A stretch of 56,804 nt of DNA, counting the filler, from Sphacelaria rigidula (taxonomy: Eukaryota): NCBI GenBank assembly GCA_964200075.2. It is 3 parts of 3 records of this genome, joined end to end, with 100 filler letters (N's around TTAATTAATTAA, not from the genome) between each part and the next. Parts side by side here need not be neighbours in the genome. Positions count along the whole stretch, not along the records: positions 18,981 to 37,842 come from CAXNAA020000773.1; 2 more parts are not named here. One strand, given 5' to 3'. This document shows, one piece after another, positions 22,801-34,177 of this stretch. The notes under the pieces were generated by a model, which was not told where the DNA came from, ran no database searches, and was given only the letters and a program-made list of their open reading frames with translations. Made by a program: the position numbers and the translations under genes. Numbering within the stretch: the first letter of the stretch is position 1; each line of letters opens with the position of its first letter.

Positions 22801-25800
22801 AACCCCTTGTTTTGTCCCCAAAGGCGGCTTCTCCGTATTAAGGTTGAAACGGCGCCTTTTTCTCTCGATATTCCACCCTTGTGATGAAATGATGTGTGGG
22901 TATCGAAGGAAGTTGCGCTCCTTTTCGTGACAGGGGCAATGGTCTTGAAATCAACCCGTAGTTGCTACATAATACAGTATTCGACAAGAAATTCCAGCAA
23001 TCCTCTCTGGGGTAGCTACCGTGAAGCATCGTCATTTCTCGACAAGCAAAGGAATCCTCTTCATTCCCCCTCCCCCCCCCCCCCCGCCCCGCCCCGCCGC
23101 CCCGCAACATTCACGGTGGTTGAGCGAAGATGAACAGTTTCGTTGACCTGTCTCATCTGTTGTGACTCCCTGGATTGATGAGCAGTCTGTAAAGCCGGCG
23201 TCGAGTCGAAGCCAGTCTGCCGAGATATTCGTGGTGGGACGCAACTACAAGGCGCCCGATTTCATTGACTCTAGGATGTTGGATCCTAGGCATGCGTTCA
23301 AGCAGGACTACGAGCAAGAGGGTGAGGGACCCCCCCATCCGATCAGCTGATTTTCACAGTCGCATGTCCACCTTTTTACTCAGAGTCTTGAACATGAATT
23401 CTTGACTACTGTGCGCATGATTCGTATGTGCCACGTTAGCGTGATGCTGTTGAATTCAGGCGAGGATTTCATCTCGTGACCCACCTCCGCTTGCGAAAAT
23501 TGCACGGAGGTGTCTCGATTGTGTCTGCCGGTATGGAGTTTTGCGCTAATCATCTATTTCCCGTGACACCTGTTCCTTGCTCCCGGAACTCCGATTTCCA
23601 GAGTCGTTACATGGCAACGCCAGTTCGAACATGACTAATGAAGGAACAGTGATTTAGCTACTCGATGCATTTTTCGATGAATGCGGCCGGTCGTTGTGTG
23701 TCTGTTCACCACAGGTGGACAGAAAGGATTGTCCATCTTCCACAAAAAGTACGACCAGCACAACAAAAGGCATCGACAGGGATACGCCGATGATCTGGGA
23801 ATGACGCTTAGTCGAGTGACGAAGGTGAGAGACTAGATCGTGTACGTTATTTGATTCTCTAGTCCACTCCGATGGTCGCATATTATTCACATCTTGTGCA
23901 GGAAAAAACAAGTAACCCGCCACGCCGAGAGCCTTTTGTACGGGTGTTGCCCAGTTTATTTTTGCCCATCCGCTACATGAGTCCCGATGCCGCGTAGGTT
24001 TAATTGAATTGAACTACATCAGTAAGGGTTTATGAAGATGACTTGGTGGGCGACGAGACGAGAGTACGAAGCAACAATCGCACTTGGGGTACAACTTGTC
24101 GAAAATTTGATGGAAGCGCCTCGACCCGTGGGGCAGGTGATCTCTTGCACGGTCATGATTTTACCCGTAAAATAATATCAATCCAAAAGATTCGCCTGTC
24201 TCGGCGGTCGGAGGGGTGATGATTTACCCCTCAACAAACGGATATGAAGTTCTGATGGAAACTAAATCACACCTTCTTGAAATCGTCATAGAACAGCAGG
24301 CGCGGGGATGACGTATTTCCCATAATCATTCGCAGTGACCAGCCGACGCTCACTCGCTCCGCCGAGCAGAGTTTGAGCCTGGGGCCAAAACTTCCTTGGA
24401 TGTCTGAGCGCCCTTTGTCCCCGTTTTCCTGTATACACTTCATCCATTGGGTAGTGTGCCGTAGTCGGCGACGATGACGTCCATGTGTTGCATTGGTCAG
24501 GGGTAAAATGACCGAGGCGAGAACCAGATGAAAACGCCTACCCCTGTAGCCACCGATGTGGACTATCACCGTAGCCTACGCTCCTGGAGAGCAGCTGTGC
24601 GGAATCTCGCAGCACCCCATACATATACATATTCCAGTATGTTCAATGTATCACTTTCGATGTGAACACATCATATGCCAGGCAACGAACTAAGGATCAT
24701 CGACGAAGTCGCGCCCGACACGGAGAAAAGCTTTGACGCGAAAGTGTTGACCTATTTCCGAAATCATTTGGTGACATTGGAATATAGTGCGCACCCGACA
24801 AAAATAGGTTAAACGACGCCGGCGCGGGGATGACGTATTTCCCATAATCATTCGCAGTGACCAGCCGACGCTCACCCGTCCCGCCGGACAGGGTTCGAGC
24901 CTGGGGCCATAACTTCCTTGGATGTCTGAGCGCACGTCGTCTCGTTATATATTTTCCCTCATATCCAGTTTGTCCGCTCCTTATCGCAAACAAGAATCGA
25001 GTCCTGTAAAATGCTGTTGTGGTTCCTTCATCATTCCACACCATGAAAAAGAGCCAGGCAAGGGTCGACAGCCCAAAATGACCCTTGACTCTTACAGCCG
25101 TTCCAGGACACGCTCGCGTTTTCCGCTGGTGGCACTTTTCACCCTGGCGAAATGAGGATTTTTGTCCAAAGATGGTCGGTTTCCGGCGAAACATTGTTTT
25201 TTCCTAGATTTGACCGTTCTCGGTCGAAACTTCACGCGGCCACCCGACAGCCCGAAGATGTACGAGGATTATCAACTTATGAAGCAAGTCACTCCCAGGT
25301 ATCAACTCCACCTGGCTCGCGTTTGAGTCGTGCAATGACAGGACAAAACCCGAGGAGCGCTTCTACGAGACTATGTTTTTGATGGCTATCGGGAGCGGCC
25401 CTGAAGGAGGGCATGCACTAGACTCGAATCAACACATGAATCGAATCAACGCGGGATATCAGCTGTAACTCGGAGTTACCGGCGCAGGGATGACGTACTT
25501 CCCATAATCATTCGCAGTGACCAGCCGACGCTCACCCGTCCTGCCGGACAGGGTTCGAGCCTGGGGCCATAACTTCCTTGGATGTCTGAGCGCACGGTAT
25601 CTCTATATGTTGGTTTCGCATGAACCTCACTCAGTTCAATTCAAGGCCCTTGTAAGAGCGCTGTCGGCCCATTTCGTGACTCGTGTTCGACGAGGAATGG
25701 CTATCAACCTACTCTCCTTCGCGTCTCTAGATGTCTCATTCCATTATCGGCCTCGACTGATTCAAACACTAAACATGATGTGTGAAACTGGCACCTTGTG

Positions 25801-28800
25801 CTGTTTGTGGTTTATGTACAATGATTCGCCCAACCTTCCTGACTATGATGGATGTTCACGATTTCACTTTTCCCTGAAGGCCGTGCGCAATGTCTCGTGC
25901 AACGTCTTCGTTTATACAGGTTTCCGACTTTATCGACTCGGACGATCCCGTACGTGTCTTGACAGACACGCATGTGCTGGAGTTTGGTCCTGAGTGCCTG
26001 GTGTATAAAGAACACCAATCCTCCAATGCGGAGATCCAGCACCTGTGTTCAGGTACGCTCGCACTCATCTCCGATGTATCGAGAAGCTGAAGAACTCCTC
26101 TACAACTCCCGAGTTGATCCGACGAAGGCGGAATACCGCAAAATGGGTGAAGCGGATGGTTTGAGCTGAGGGTGAAAATGTGTGTCCCTTTCCTGCCCTG
26201 GAAGAGCCCTTTTACACCCCTCCACAACGCATTCGGAATTCAGTTCACGCATGACGAAGAATCATCCAGATTCCTTGAGAAAGATGACGTGGCGAAGGTC
26301 ATCGTATGATTATGGGTTGAAGAAGACTCTAAAAACATGGCCGTTGACACCGTACCTAAAAAGGAGAGCCTTCGAAATGCTCCATATCCATGTACCCAAC
26401 GTTGATTAGGAGCCCTCCATCCTTCCCAGTACAGGAGGGACGTCGCCATTTGCGGAGCTCCGCTTTGATCGCCGGTGATTATAAATAAAGATGACGAGTA
26501 TGAAAGGGGAAGGGCAATGTGGACTGCGGTAAGACGTCCTGTCGAGGTGTAGTCTGCGCCCTCCCCCGACCTGTGATTATCATACGAGGCATTTGTATGA
26601 GGCGTGTTTTCTTGTTGGAGCTCTATTTTTTTCTCATGCTGGAGCTACTCTTTCGTTATGGATGATTGTAGTGCTGTTCGTCAGACTCGGCCCGGTGGGC
26701 GATTGTTCAACGCGTCGAGAAGCCTCTCTGCGAACTGTACATCACCGCGAAATGATTCTTTTGCGATGAAACGGTTGCTTGAAAGTCACCAATTTCGAGC
26801 TTGTCAGGGTCTTTGCCGGTGATTATAAACAAGATGACGAGTATGAAGCAGGGAAATAATGCGGAAGCTGGCGAGACGTTCTGTCGACCCAGTGTCTCGA
26901 TCTCTCTGCAACCTGTGATTCATTATACGAGGCATTTGTATGAGGCATGTTGGAGATGACACACGAGTCGCACGCAGTATCATGATGGTTACGACGGTGA
27001 AAATGACCTGTCCAAAACTTGTGACATTACCAAGTTCATCCGATCAGTATATTTTTTAGTAGAACTAAAGTCAATCCAGCAACCGAACTCATGTCACGGG
27101 TCGAGAGTCGAGAGGGAAGTGTATGCTCGAGAGTGACCGTGAAACTGCGAAAGCACCTCACAGAACTGCCGTGCCGTTTCCACCTTGCCTGTGATTACAC
27201 CAACGATGACGAGTCTGAAAGTCACGATGCAATCTTGACTGGGGTGAAGCGTTCTGTGGAACCCCATGCTCTTGGTCTCTGGCGCTCTCTGATTATCATA
27301 CGAGGCATTTGTATGAGGCGAGGATGGAAAACCGTGAGCGTGTCGAGATGCTCTCGTGTTTGGATTCATAACGGACGTTCCACAAATACGCAGTCGCGTA
27401 AACTCCACCCGAATCGCCTCGGTGACTTGCCGTGAACGTGTTATGCGGGTGCTGCCGCGGCGTGGAGACCGCGGTCCCGACAGCGATTGTGTGCTTTCTT
27501 GGATCGTACTGTATCTGTTCCCCTTGCGCGGGCCAGGTCATGAACATGATGCGCATATTGCAACTCGATTCCTTGTTCCAAGGCATATCTTACGGAGCTA
27601 CTATCGATCCAATAACCGAGAATCCGTGTCTGCTGCGATGTGTCTACTGCGCCGGTTAATTACGTCGTTTTTACCCAATTTTCAGATCTTCGAGTGTTGG
27701 GCAAGGGAGATTTTCGACAGCTCATCAAGTGGCGGCTGCGCTTGGTCAAATATAGGGACGAACTGAGAGCACTCGAGACCTCGAGCAAGGACCGTGACGA
27801 AGACATGACAGAGGATGGTGATGAGGACAAGAACGCCGCCCCAATGACGGAGGAGGAAAAGGAGGCCGAAGTCCAGGCGGAAATCAGAGCCCTCCAGTGA
27901 GATGATACCTCTACCCAAAATGTACCCTTGTTGTCATATCAATCGCAGGTTGACATGATTTTTTTCACTGCAATCCCTCCCAGATGCACTATGCCATGGC
28001 GACGGTGTAAACAGCTGGTTCATGAACAGCCGGTTTTTTCACGTGGAGGAGCATCTCTGAAGGGATTAGCCTCAGAGACGAGATACCTATGACCGGTTTG
28101 TACCTTTCAGCGTTGTGGGTGCCGGAAAGTATGCCAGGCTCCTCTCCGGCTTTGTCCCAGACTGACATTCAACGTGGAAACCGTTGGACATGGGTGACAC
28201 TCTCGACGATAGCCCTCCCTGCCAAAAAGAGCAAACTCTTTTTCGAAACAGTTCTGGCTTGGGGGAAGGCGGCTGTCGTTGACAGTACGCCTTGAATCTC
28301 ACGAGATCGTACATACCCATTTCTTCGGCATGTGTAACAGGCTACAAGCACTGGCGCAAAGGAAGAGAGTACGTAAAAAAGAACGAGAGGCTGCTGCTCG
28401 ACTTCGTTCCCGCGTGGCGATGGGGATGGAAAATACAGCTGTTGACCTACCAGAGGAGGAAGGGATATTCTCTCTGAGGAGTATCAAGGTAAATTGAACG
28501 TACTACGTTAAGGCACACTCCTCGATGGATACCACCTTGAACTCAACAGTGCAGCAGGTGGCGTCTGAGGATTCCTTTGACGTTTCGACGGAGTGGCAAT
28601 CTCACGACGGGACGGGTGCACCCGTGATGTTGGGATCGTACTCGAAGAGTGCTAGTTCAAGATCAATCCGTGACGCTCACCTACCGACATTGCTCGTTGA
28701 TTGACCGTGGTGTCTGCTTTAGACGGGTGGTGAGTTGGACGCGGTCCGCGACGTGGATCTATCGAAGCTACCGGCGTCCGACATGGACACGGCCGCTGCT

Positions 28801-31800
28801 GAAGACGATGAAAGCGACACCGGTGACGAAGCAGGCAGTGATTCCGGGAGGTGAGATGAACCAAGTACACATTTGAGTGTTTTGATGTAACAATACAGGA
28901 CGCCGTCGTCACCTTTCACACATGTTCGTTCAGTCGAGCACATTCCATGAAATTCGAAAGATGTCTTGGTGGCGATTCCGTTTAGCCGCACAGACGGAAG
29001 AGTGTGAATTGGTGTACGAGGTGATGAAACTTGCTGGGATATTTTGTGTATTTCTTGTGAAGTACACGAGTCCCTGAGTCGGCATCGGTTCCGGTTAATT
29101 TCAGTCACCCTCGGAAAAGAACTCGAGTGGGGAGCTGACAGTTGAATTGCGTGGGCGGCCGTTGTTACAGCGACGATGGATACAACGAAGCCATGGAGGC
29201 GGAGCTGAACACGGGCTACCTTCGCTTCCTTCAAGCCAAGGATGAGAGCAAACGCATGGAGGGCACACGATTGGCCAAAAGGACAAAAAAAGCGCAGGTA
29301 CCAAATTAGTCGTTTTTTTCGGTCCCAAATTAGTCAAGATCTTCCTGATGTTTGGATCGATGTTCCTCCAAGTCGCGTCCGACTATTCTGGTTTCGAAAG
29401 TTGACCTTCAATCTCCCTCTAAAGGTGTTTGAGCTTCGAATCACCCGTGTCGGGCTATTCCATTATCCATTAGACGGTCATTTTCAAACGTGAGAGTTGG
29501 AAATCCACTTTGTCGGTGCATTGAACTAGGCACAAATCCGATATTCTGACACGCTATCGACCATGCTACGAAGACGCTGGGGACAAGACCCAGGAAGCAA
29601 GCACACTCCCTTCCCCTAGGTCTTCGGGCCAACGATGGAGGAAGTTTTTTTCGTTTGCGACAGTAAAACAGAGTCCCCGTCACGTCCGATTTCCGGAAAC
29701 CATGCCGGGCGGTCCCAAGGCTGCCACTTGTCGGCTAGGAAAGCAACGGGATCCTAACATACCAAGACGCATGCTCGTGCTTCTAATCGAGCGTACGCTA
29801 ATGTAAATTCATGTTGATTTGTTCCGGTCGAATCCCACTGTCCGTTGTAACGAGTACGGTTCGATTATGAAGTTTGAGGACGTTCTATACTGAGCTCTTG
29901 TGTCGTCCACTACCTGGCTACTCGGCTGTCGGATAGGTTTGTAGTCTCGTGGAGTTGACGGTTAAATATTTTTGGGCTTATGAACACGATTCGATTATAG
30001 CGCATGTCACACAACTTCGGGAATTACAGCTCATGCATAGACGGAAGGGTGCCGCTGTTTTCACAGTTTGGCGTAAACGAATTTCGATAACGACTTGAAC
30101 TCATGACAGGCAACCAAAGCCGTCAACGAAGAAATGGAAGACACCATGATGTACGACGGAGACCAACAACGCTATCTCCAGCTCCTCGCCACCGGCGGAG
30201 AAAAAGAAGTAGCCGTGGATGCCAGTGACATCGACAGCTCTGACGTCGCCAGCAGTAATGACATAGACTCCGATAGTAATGCGGAATCGGATGGTGACGT
30301 ACGCGCGGGGTCATCTTCGGTCGCGCGGACGGAAGGTCGAGGTGAGCATGAGTGTCTAGTAAAAATAACCCTTCGGAGGATTGTGTCCACACACGTATTC
30401 GTTTACCCTGATATACGAGATGAAATCCATGTGGGTGTGCCTCGAGCTTAAATATTAGGCTCGTTGCTGGTCACGTTTTCGACTCATGACTCCGATTTTC
30501 GTTTCGTGTGGGCACAGCTGTAAAGCACACGTGCGCGACGTGAGAGAGCTTTAGGTTCGGAATTCTCACCTGTAGCCCTACGATGCTATCTCGAGGATTT
30601 CTGTTTGGCGTCGTAACGAAGACCGTGGAGGCAGGGATATGTCACGTTCGCCACTTCGACGGTAGTCATTTAGCTCTTGGGAGTTGCACACATGAAAATA
30701 CTGATGATGAAATGGTATTAGTCGCCGCTTGATGAAACTACCACTTGGTCCAAATTAAATTTGAGACTGTCGACCCGGAACTTGGTGAGCAATTTTAGAT
30801 TCACCCTCGAAACGGTGACGGAAACCTGCCACGAGGAGTTCCACCAACATTATCCGGCACCAAGTATTCGTCACATGATCGCCCGATGCACGTGATGTGG
30901 TAAGAGATCTGCGTTCTCGCGGATGAATGTATGCATGACGTCCACCAGGAAAGCGAGGTCGTGCGCAAATTGGAACTCCCGCGGTGGGCGGGTCACACGT
31001 CGACAAGGCAAGTGCAACTGAGGGGCCGCATCCACTGTTGGCGGAAATCTCGTCGAAATCGGAGCGTCGTCAGGCTGCCACCCAACGCTGGTTCAGCAAC
31101 CCACTGTTTTCCGGCGTGGAGAAAACAACAGAGGGTCCTGATGGTGAGACGATTTCAGCCGAAGCTGGTGAGGGTGAAGAAGACAATGTCGACGAAGGAC
31201 CGTCCAGTAAGCGTGCGCGAAGGGGTGCAGACAGGAGTCGGCAACGCGGTGGCCTCGAGGTAGAAAAGGGTTCGGAAGAGAAGAAGGGTGGTGCAGCGGC
31301 GGCGCTCCTTGCTTCGATGCCGAAATCCGATAAGGAAAAGCGGAGGGAAAAGCGCAAGAAGGTACGTTCCCCATATCGTGGACGTCGGCGACGGAGTTCT
31401 GTCCACCGAGCACTACTCGCAGCATAATCTCGGTTTCATGTAGGCTGCCACGTACAGGATTGTAGATCAGCATGTTGGCGAACTACTCGTTTATGTCACG
31501 GGTTTCAGGTAGGTCGAGCAGAGTATACTCAGTTGCGAGGTACATCAAAAGTTGGGCACGAAGCACCCAAATTGGGGTTGGGGTTTCAAGGATCGCTTTG
31601 CTGTTATATTTTGAGAGCAACTCCCCAACACTCTACCCCGATTTGAATACCCGAAGTACGTCTTTGAAAATACCCCGAAAATGAGTATACTCTCCTCGAC
31701 CTGCCCTTGCAAGGTGGGCGGTGATTCTTAACAACTCTGGTGTCGATCGCTATCGTATTTGTGGTCGCACTATTTTGAGGGAAAAAAGCACACTTACCCG

Positions 31801-34177
31801 CCCCAGCATGTTAGGTCTGTATTATTCACGCTGTCTGCCTCGTTATTGAGCTACGAACCAGGGCACTCATTCGACAGTAGAGTCTACAAGTCGAGTAACA
31901 CTCCCATCAAGCAAGCACACTCCCTTCCCCTAGACCTTCGGGTCGACGATGGAGGAAGTTTTTTTCGTTTGCGACAAAAAATCGGTGTCCCCGTCTCGTC
32001 CGATTTTTGGACACCTTGCTGAGCTGCGTTCAGGCCGCTGTTACTTGGTGAGGGAAGGCCTGTGAATCCGCACAATAATTGATATTGTCCCGAGTTACCG
32101 ACTCGATGCCGCACAAACAGCATTGCTTGGATAACAGGGCCGTGACGCTTTCGCGTTTAATACATCTTGAGGTTGGAAAGAGTACTTTTGTAACCCCGAA
32201 AACACTAGTTTGGTCAGCAATGCTGGTCGAAGAACAATGAGATTCACTTTTGCCAGTTGTAGCGGGTTGGCGAAAAATGTCGCACGTGTTTCTATCTTGA
32301 ATGATCTTCGACAGGCGGCTGAGAGGAAAGAGCGTCGAGAGATGAAAAACAGCAAACGTATGAGCGAGGATGGAATGGCTGACGATGATCTTCAAGTGGT
32401 GTCCGGTGAAGCAGAGCTGGAGAATTTGAATCCAAAAGAACGAGCGAAGCTCGAGAAGAAGCGGAACCTGATTCGCGCCGGGATGGGTGCGTCAACTGAC
32501 GATGCTGACGAATCCGGCTTTGAAGTGGCCAAGGCTAGCAGTGCTGCGAGGGCCATGATGGGGATGCGAAGAATGCCAGGGTTCGGCGTGGGAGGGATCG
32601 AAGTCGCTGACGACCGCGTGTATGGTTCAGATCAGGTGAAAAGATCTGTCACCATTTTCACCCTTCCCCCCAGGTTGTCTGTCGGCGAATATTTCCTTGG
32701 GGGAAGGAAGTCCTCGCCAACGTCGGGCAGCCGCGGTGGTCGTAATTCAACGTCGTACCTGTGACGGGTCGGATTCCGGAATAAGATAGCCTTCGTGTGA
32801 GGAACGGTTTTACCAAGTGACGAGGAAAGTACGGGCGTGAAAATGGTTCAGGTTGATCAACACTTATTCCGCTGTGTGGCATGGCTAGATCAGTCACCCC
32901 GCTCATCTTGCTCGGTGTTTGCGTTTTTGTTGTGGAACCTTTAGGAGGCGTATGATGACGAGGATCGAGCGAAGCAACTTGCGCTGGGCACGATGATGCT
33001 GCGCAAGCATCGTGCGAAAGATATCATGGACGCTGCATACAACCGATTTAGCTGGAACGACGACGCCGATCTGCCCGATTGGTTCGTTGACGATGAAAAA
33101 CGTCATTACCGTCCGCAGGTACGAAGCCGCTCCCAACATGGATTAGTGATGAACGTCCCGGCGGTTGATGAACCACATTCCGGAAATAAATTGAAATTGA
33201 GTGTACAGCTACAGTGACGCTTGTGAACATGTGGGACATCCGCAGTGGAGTTTGTCATGGGATCACTTGCAGCCTTGGTGAGCCGTCGTGTGCATCCCCC
33301 CCGTTGAAATGAGACTTGGGCGTGACTTTCGCGGTTGACGACAACTTCAATGCCACTACTCATGCGGTACAGGTGCCCCTACCGCCAGCACTAGTGGAGC
33401 AGATGAAACAAAAGTTCATGACGCTCGCTACGAAGCCCATCAAGAAAGTCGCTGAGGCCAGGGCAAGAAAACGGAAAAGGGCTACACAAAGACTGGCTGC
33501 TGCGAAGAAGAAAGCTACGGCCATGGCTGCTAATCCAGGTCGGTCCAAAACAAGATTGATGACGAGTTTCATTCCACATGAGATTGCAGTTGGAACTGAA
33601 GGAGAGGTCGATGAACGCTTCGGAACTTCGGGCTGCTTGGATAGTTTGGGTCACATCCAAAAATGTGTTGAGCTGATGACATATGACGAGTGCGACATCG
33701 ATGACAACTAAATACGGTCGTTTCGAACGTCGAAATTGATACGATAATGTTCACTGCAAGTTTGAAGTCGACCGGGGCGACCAGTCGACTCGACGATCTT
33801 GTGACCCGAACCATGTATGCATCGAGTTGGCATAATGTTGCTGTAGATCAAGTCATGAAGAGCACCGCTTGGCCACGTCATGATGTCTTTTTCGATAATC
33901 GCCCCTTGTGCTCCGTCTTGCAGACATGTCAGAGCGAGAGAAGCTGAAGGCGGTGCAGCAGGCCATGAAGAAGGGTGCCAAGTCGGACATTCCGTCCAAG
34001 GTTTATGTGGTTGCCGGGAAAGGCCCGGGAGGGTCGAAGAAGAAAGGCGCCAAGATCAAGATGGTCGACGCGAGAATGAAAAACGATACTCGCGCTGCGA
34101 AACGCATTGGTCAAAAGAAGAAAACGGGGAAGCCGGGCACTGTGAAAAAGGGGAAGGGTAGAAAAGGACGACACTAA
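19839..34177 (+). CDS. SPB1: AdoMet-dependent pre-rRNA 2'-O-methyltransferase SPB1/FTSJ3, 16 exons, 1027 aa
   Basis: All GT-AG and phase-consistent exons: 19839-19934, 20874-21101, 22585-22791, 23186-23321, 23715-23824, 25920-26052, 27686-27896, 28341-28488, 28723-28850, 29171-29297, 30110-30341, 30949-31361, 32315-32635, 32945-33118, 33373-33538, 33924-34177 (3084 nt). FtsJ motifs [62 protein letters not shown]; Spb1 C-terminal motifs [32 protein letters not shown]. Confidence 0.97.
24299..24412 (+). ncRNA. U14: U14 (SNORD14/snR128) box C/D snoRNA, copy 1, SPB1 intron 5
   Basis: Terminal stem GGCGC/GCGCC, box C variant GGGATGA, domain A CATTCGCAGT (antisense to 18S ACUGCGAAUG), domain B CTTCCTTGGATGT directly before box D CTGA (antisense to 18S ACAUCCAAGGAAG). 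Confidence 0.93.
24822..24933 (+). ncRNA. U14: U14 box C/D snoRNA, copy 2, SPB1 intron 5
   Basis: Same boxes and both antisense elements; GCGC/GCGC terminal stem. Confidence 0.93.
25482..25593 (+). ncRNA. U14: U14 box C/D snoRNA, copy 3, SPB1 intron 5
   Basis: Near-identical to copy 2, with similarity ending within a few nt of the terminal stem. Confidence 0.93.
26470..26604 (+). ncRNA. U15: U15-like double-guide box C/D snoRNA, copy 1, SPB1 intron 6
   Basis: CGCC/GGCG terminal stem; box C GTGATTA; guide AGATGACGAG then D' ATGA; C' GTGATTA; guide ACGAGGCATTTG then D ATGA. Both guides are antisense to the conserved LSU segment CAAAUGCCUCGUCAUCU. Confidence 0.85.
26814..26947 (+). ncRNA. U15: U15-like double-guide box C/D snoRNA, copy 2, SPB1 intron 6
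   Basis: TGCC/GGCA stem; both guides and the C, D' and D boxes are conserved while the internal spacer has diverged. Confidence 0.85.
27187..27319 (+). ncRNA. U15: U15-like double-guide box C/D snoRNA, copy 3, SPB1 intron 6
   Basis: GCC/GGC stem; GTGATTA ... GATGACGAG-T-CTGA (canonical D') ... TGATTA ... ACGAGGCATTTG-T-ATGA. Confidence 0.83.
29597..29762 (+). repeat. Duplicated structured intronic element, copy 1 (candidate H/ACA snoRNA or old repeat), SPB1 intron 10
   Basis: High similarity to 31911-32077 over about 115 nt, weaker after. Hairpin with a cUUCGg loop followed by ACAGTA (ANANNA), with ACA near the 3' end. Confidence 0.6.
31911..32077 (+). repeat. Duplicated structured intronic element, copy 2, SPB1 intron 12
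   Basis: Paralog of 29597-29762; GACC-TTCG-GGTC apical stem, ACAAAA (ANANNA), ACA at an equivalent distance. Confidence 0.6.

Noticed and set aside
24299-27319. Repeat-spacer-repeat pattern suggesting a CRISPR-like array
   Set aside because: Units are over 110 nt, spacers are 200-550 nt and irregular, the context is a eukaryotic intron, no cas genes are present, and the units are explained as snoRNAs.
28600-28612. TCTCACGACGG, complementary to a conserved LSU segment, in intron 8
   Set aside because: Not followed by a D or D' box; compatible with chance.
29021-29077. GTGATGA...CTGA pair in SPB1 intron 9 as another C/D snoRNA
   Set aside because: Only 57 nt, a weak terminal stem and no rRNA or snRNA complement I can recognise. 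Similar isolated box-like words in introns 2, 3, 11, 14 and 15 were also left uncalled.
29691-29703. AAACCAT resembling the snR30/U17 m2 motif
   Set aside because: No m1 motif, wrong spacing to ACA, and not conserved in the second copy.
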